Shown: positions 63,420-64,000 of the stretch, piece by piece | Position numbering within the stretch: position 1 is the first letter of the stretch | Layout: each line of letters begins with the position of its first letter | NCBI GenBank assembly: GCA_051294905.1 | Contig: CM119371.1 | Location: forward strand, 39,620,001-39,684,000 | Reading direction: 5' to 3' | From: Botryllus schlosseri | Lineage: Eukaryota | DNA length: 64,000 nucleotides | Notes under the pieces: generated by a model | Seen by the model: the letters and a program-made list of their open reading frames with translations, nothing else | What the model was told of the DNA's origin: nothing | Database searches by the model: none | Position numbers and translations under genes: made by a program

Positions 63420-63940
63420 TAACTCGTTTGCACTGTAACAATGCTTCCAAACTCAGGTCAGCTAAGTTTCTCCTAAATTCATTTCTCGCCCAGCGAATCT
63501 GGGAAATATCGGCTTCAACATTAGCCGTTGAGGGAAAGAATGTTGCCAGTCATCCACAAAAGGTTTTCAGAGCTTCAAAATCTTTGGACGGCCGAACCGG
63601 CTTCCATGCATCATGAAAAGAGATCACTATACGCCAGTGCCATGGATCTCATCGCGGAAAGAATTTTCTTCCCGATCTTTTTCCAGGAGTTTCCTGTGTT
63701 GTCTCTCAACACATTCTATTTAGTAGCCCGACTATCATTTCTCCTTCAGTCTACCGATATATTTTTGGAGGACTTTTGTCACTTCAGGTGGCTTTAATAT
63801 TACCAACTCGCATGGAAGAGTCCTGGGAAAGTTGGCTTGTTTAAAAACATCGACGCAACAAGACTGTCTGGGAAACGAGACTATGTAGCTCAGAAATAGC
63901 CAGACAGATTGTTGCGTCATAATGTTCAACTCGATCACAA
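63420..63940 (-). pseudogene. C-terminal relic of a hAT-like transposase
   Basis: FPRTLPCELVILK...SFHDAWK...FEALKTFCG*LATFFPSTANVEADISQIRWARNEFRRNLADLSLEALLQCK; probable element end near 63073. Confidence 0.65.
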
Positions 63941-64000
63941 TGCAAAAATCGTGGTTGATTTTGGGGGTTCCAGTTCCATGAGCAGAATATAATTTATATT

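Overview
Eukaryotic (probably invertebrate animal), AT-rich, almost entirely transposon-derived window with deep nesting. A hAT (ZNF862/Tip100-like) transposase gene (4770-6443 + 47490-47831) is split in frame by a single 41-kb insertion (6444-47484). That insertion has TGTAAC...GTTACA ends and a perfect 5-bp target-site duplication (ACGAT), but I cannot find a matching LTR pair. It contains minus-strand Gypsy-like gag, protease, RT, RNase H and integrase relics, a decayed Thr-rich type I membrane ORF, and several decayed ORFs with Bcl-2-like motifs. It also holds a 3.8-kb near-perfect palindrome with two tail-to-tail copies of a spliced Mcl-1/Bcl-2-like gene, seeded by a small hairpin element. 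Other content: a self-nested hAT MITE array, a P-element-like foldback with a THAP relic, an EnSpm-like element with a spliced DUF4806-like gene, tRNA-Leu(TAA) fragments, CR1/L2-type LINEs, a Harbinger relic, a Kolobok-like palindrome, minisatellites and many MITEs. No intact host gene is convincingly present. All family assignments come from motif recognition by eye; no searches were run.
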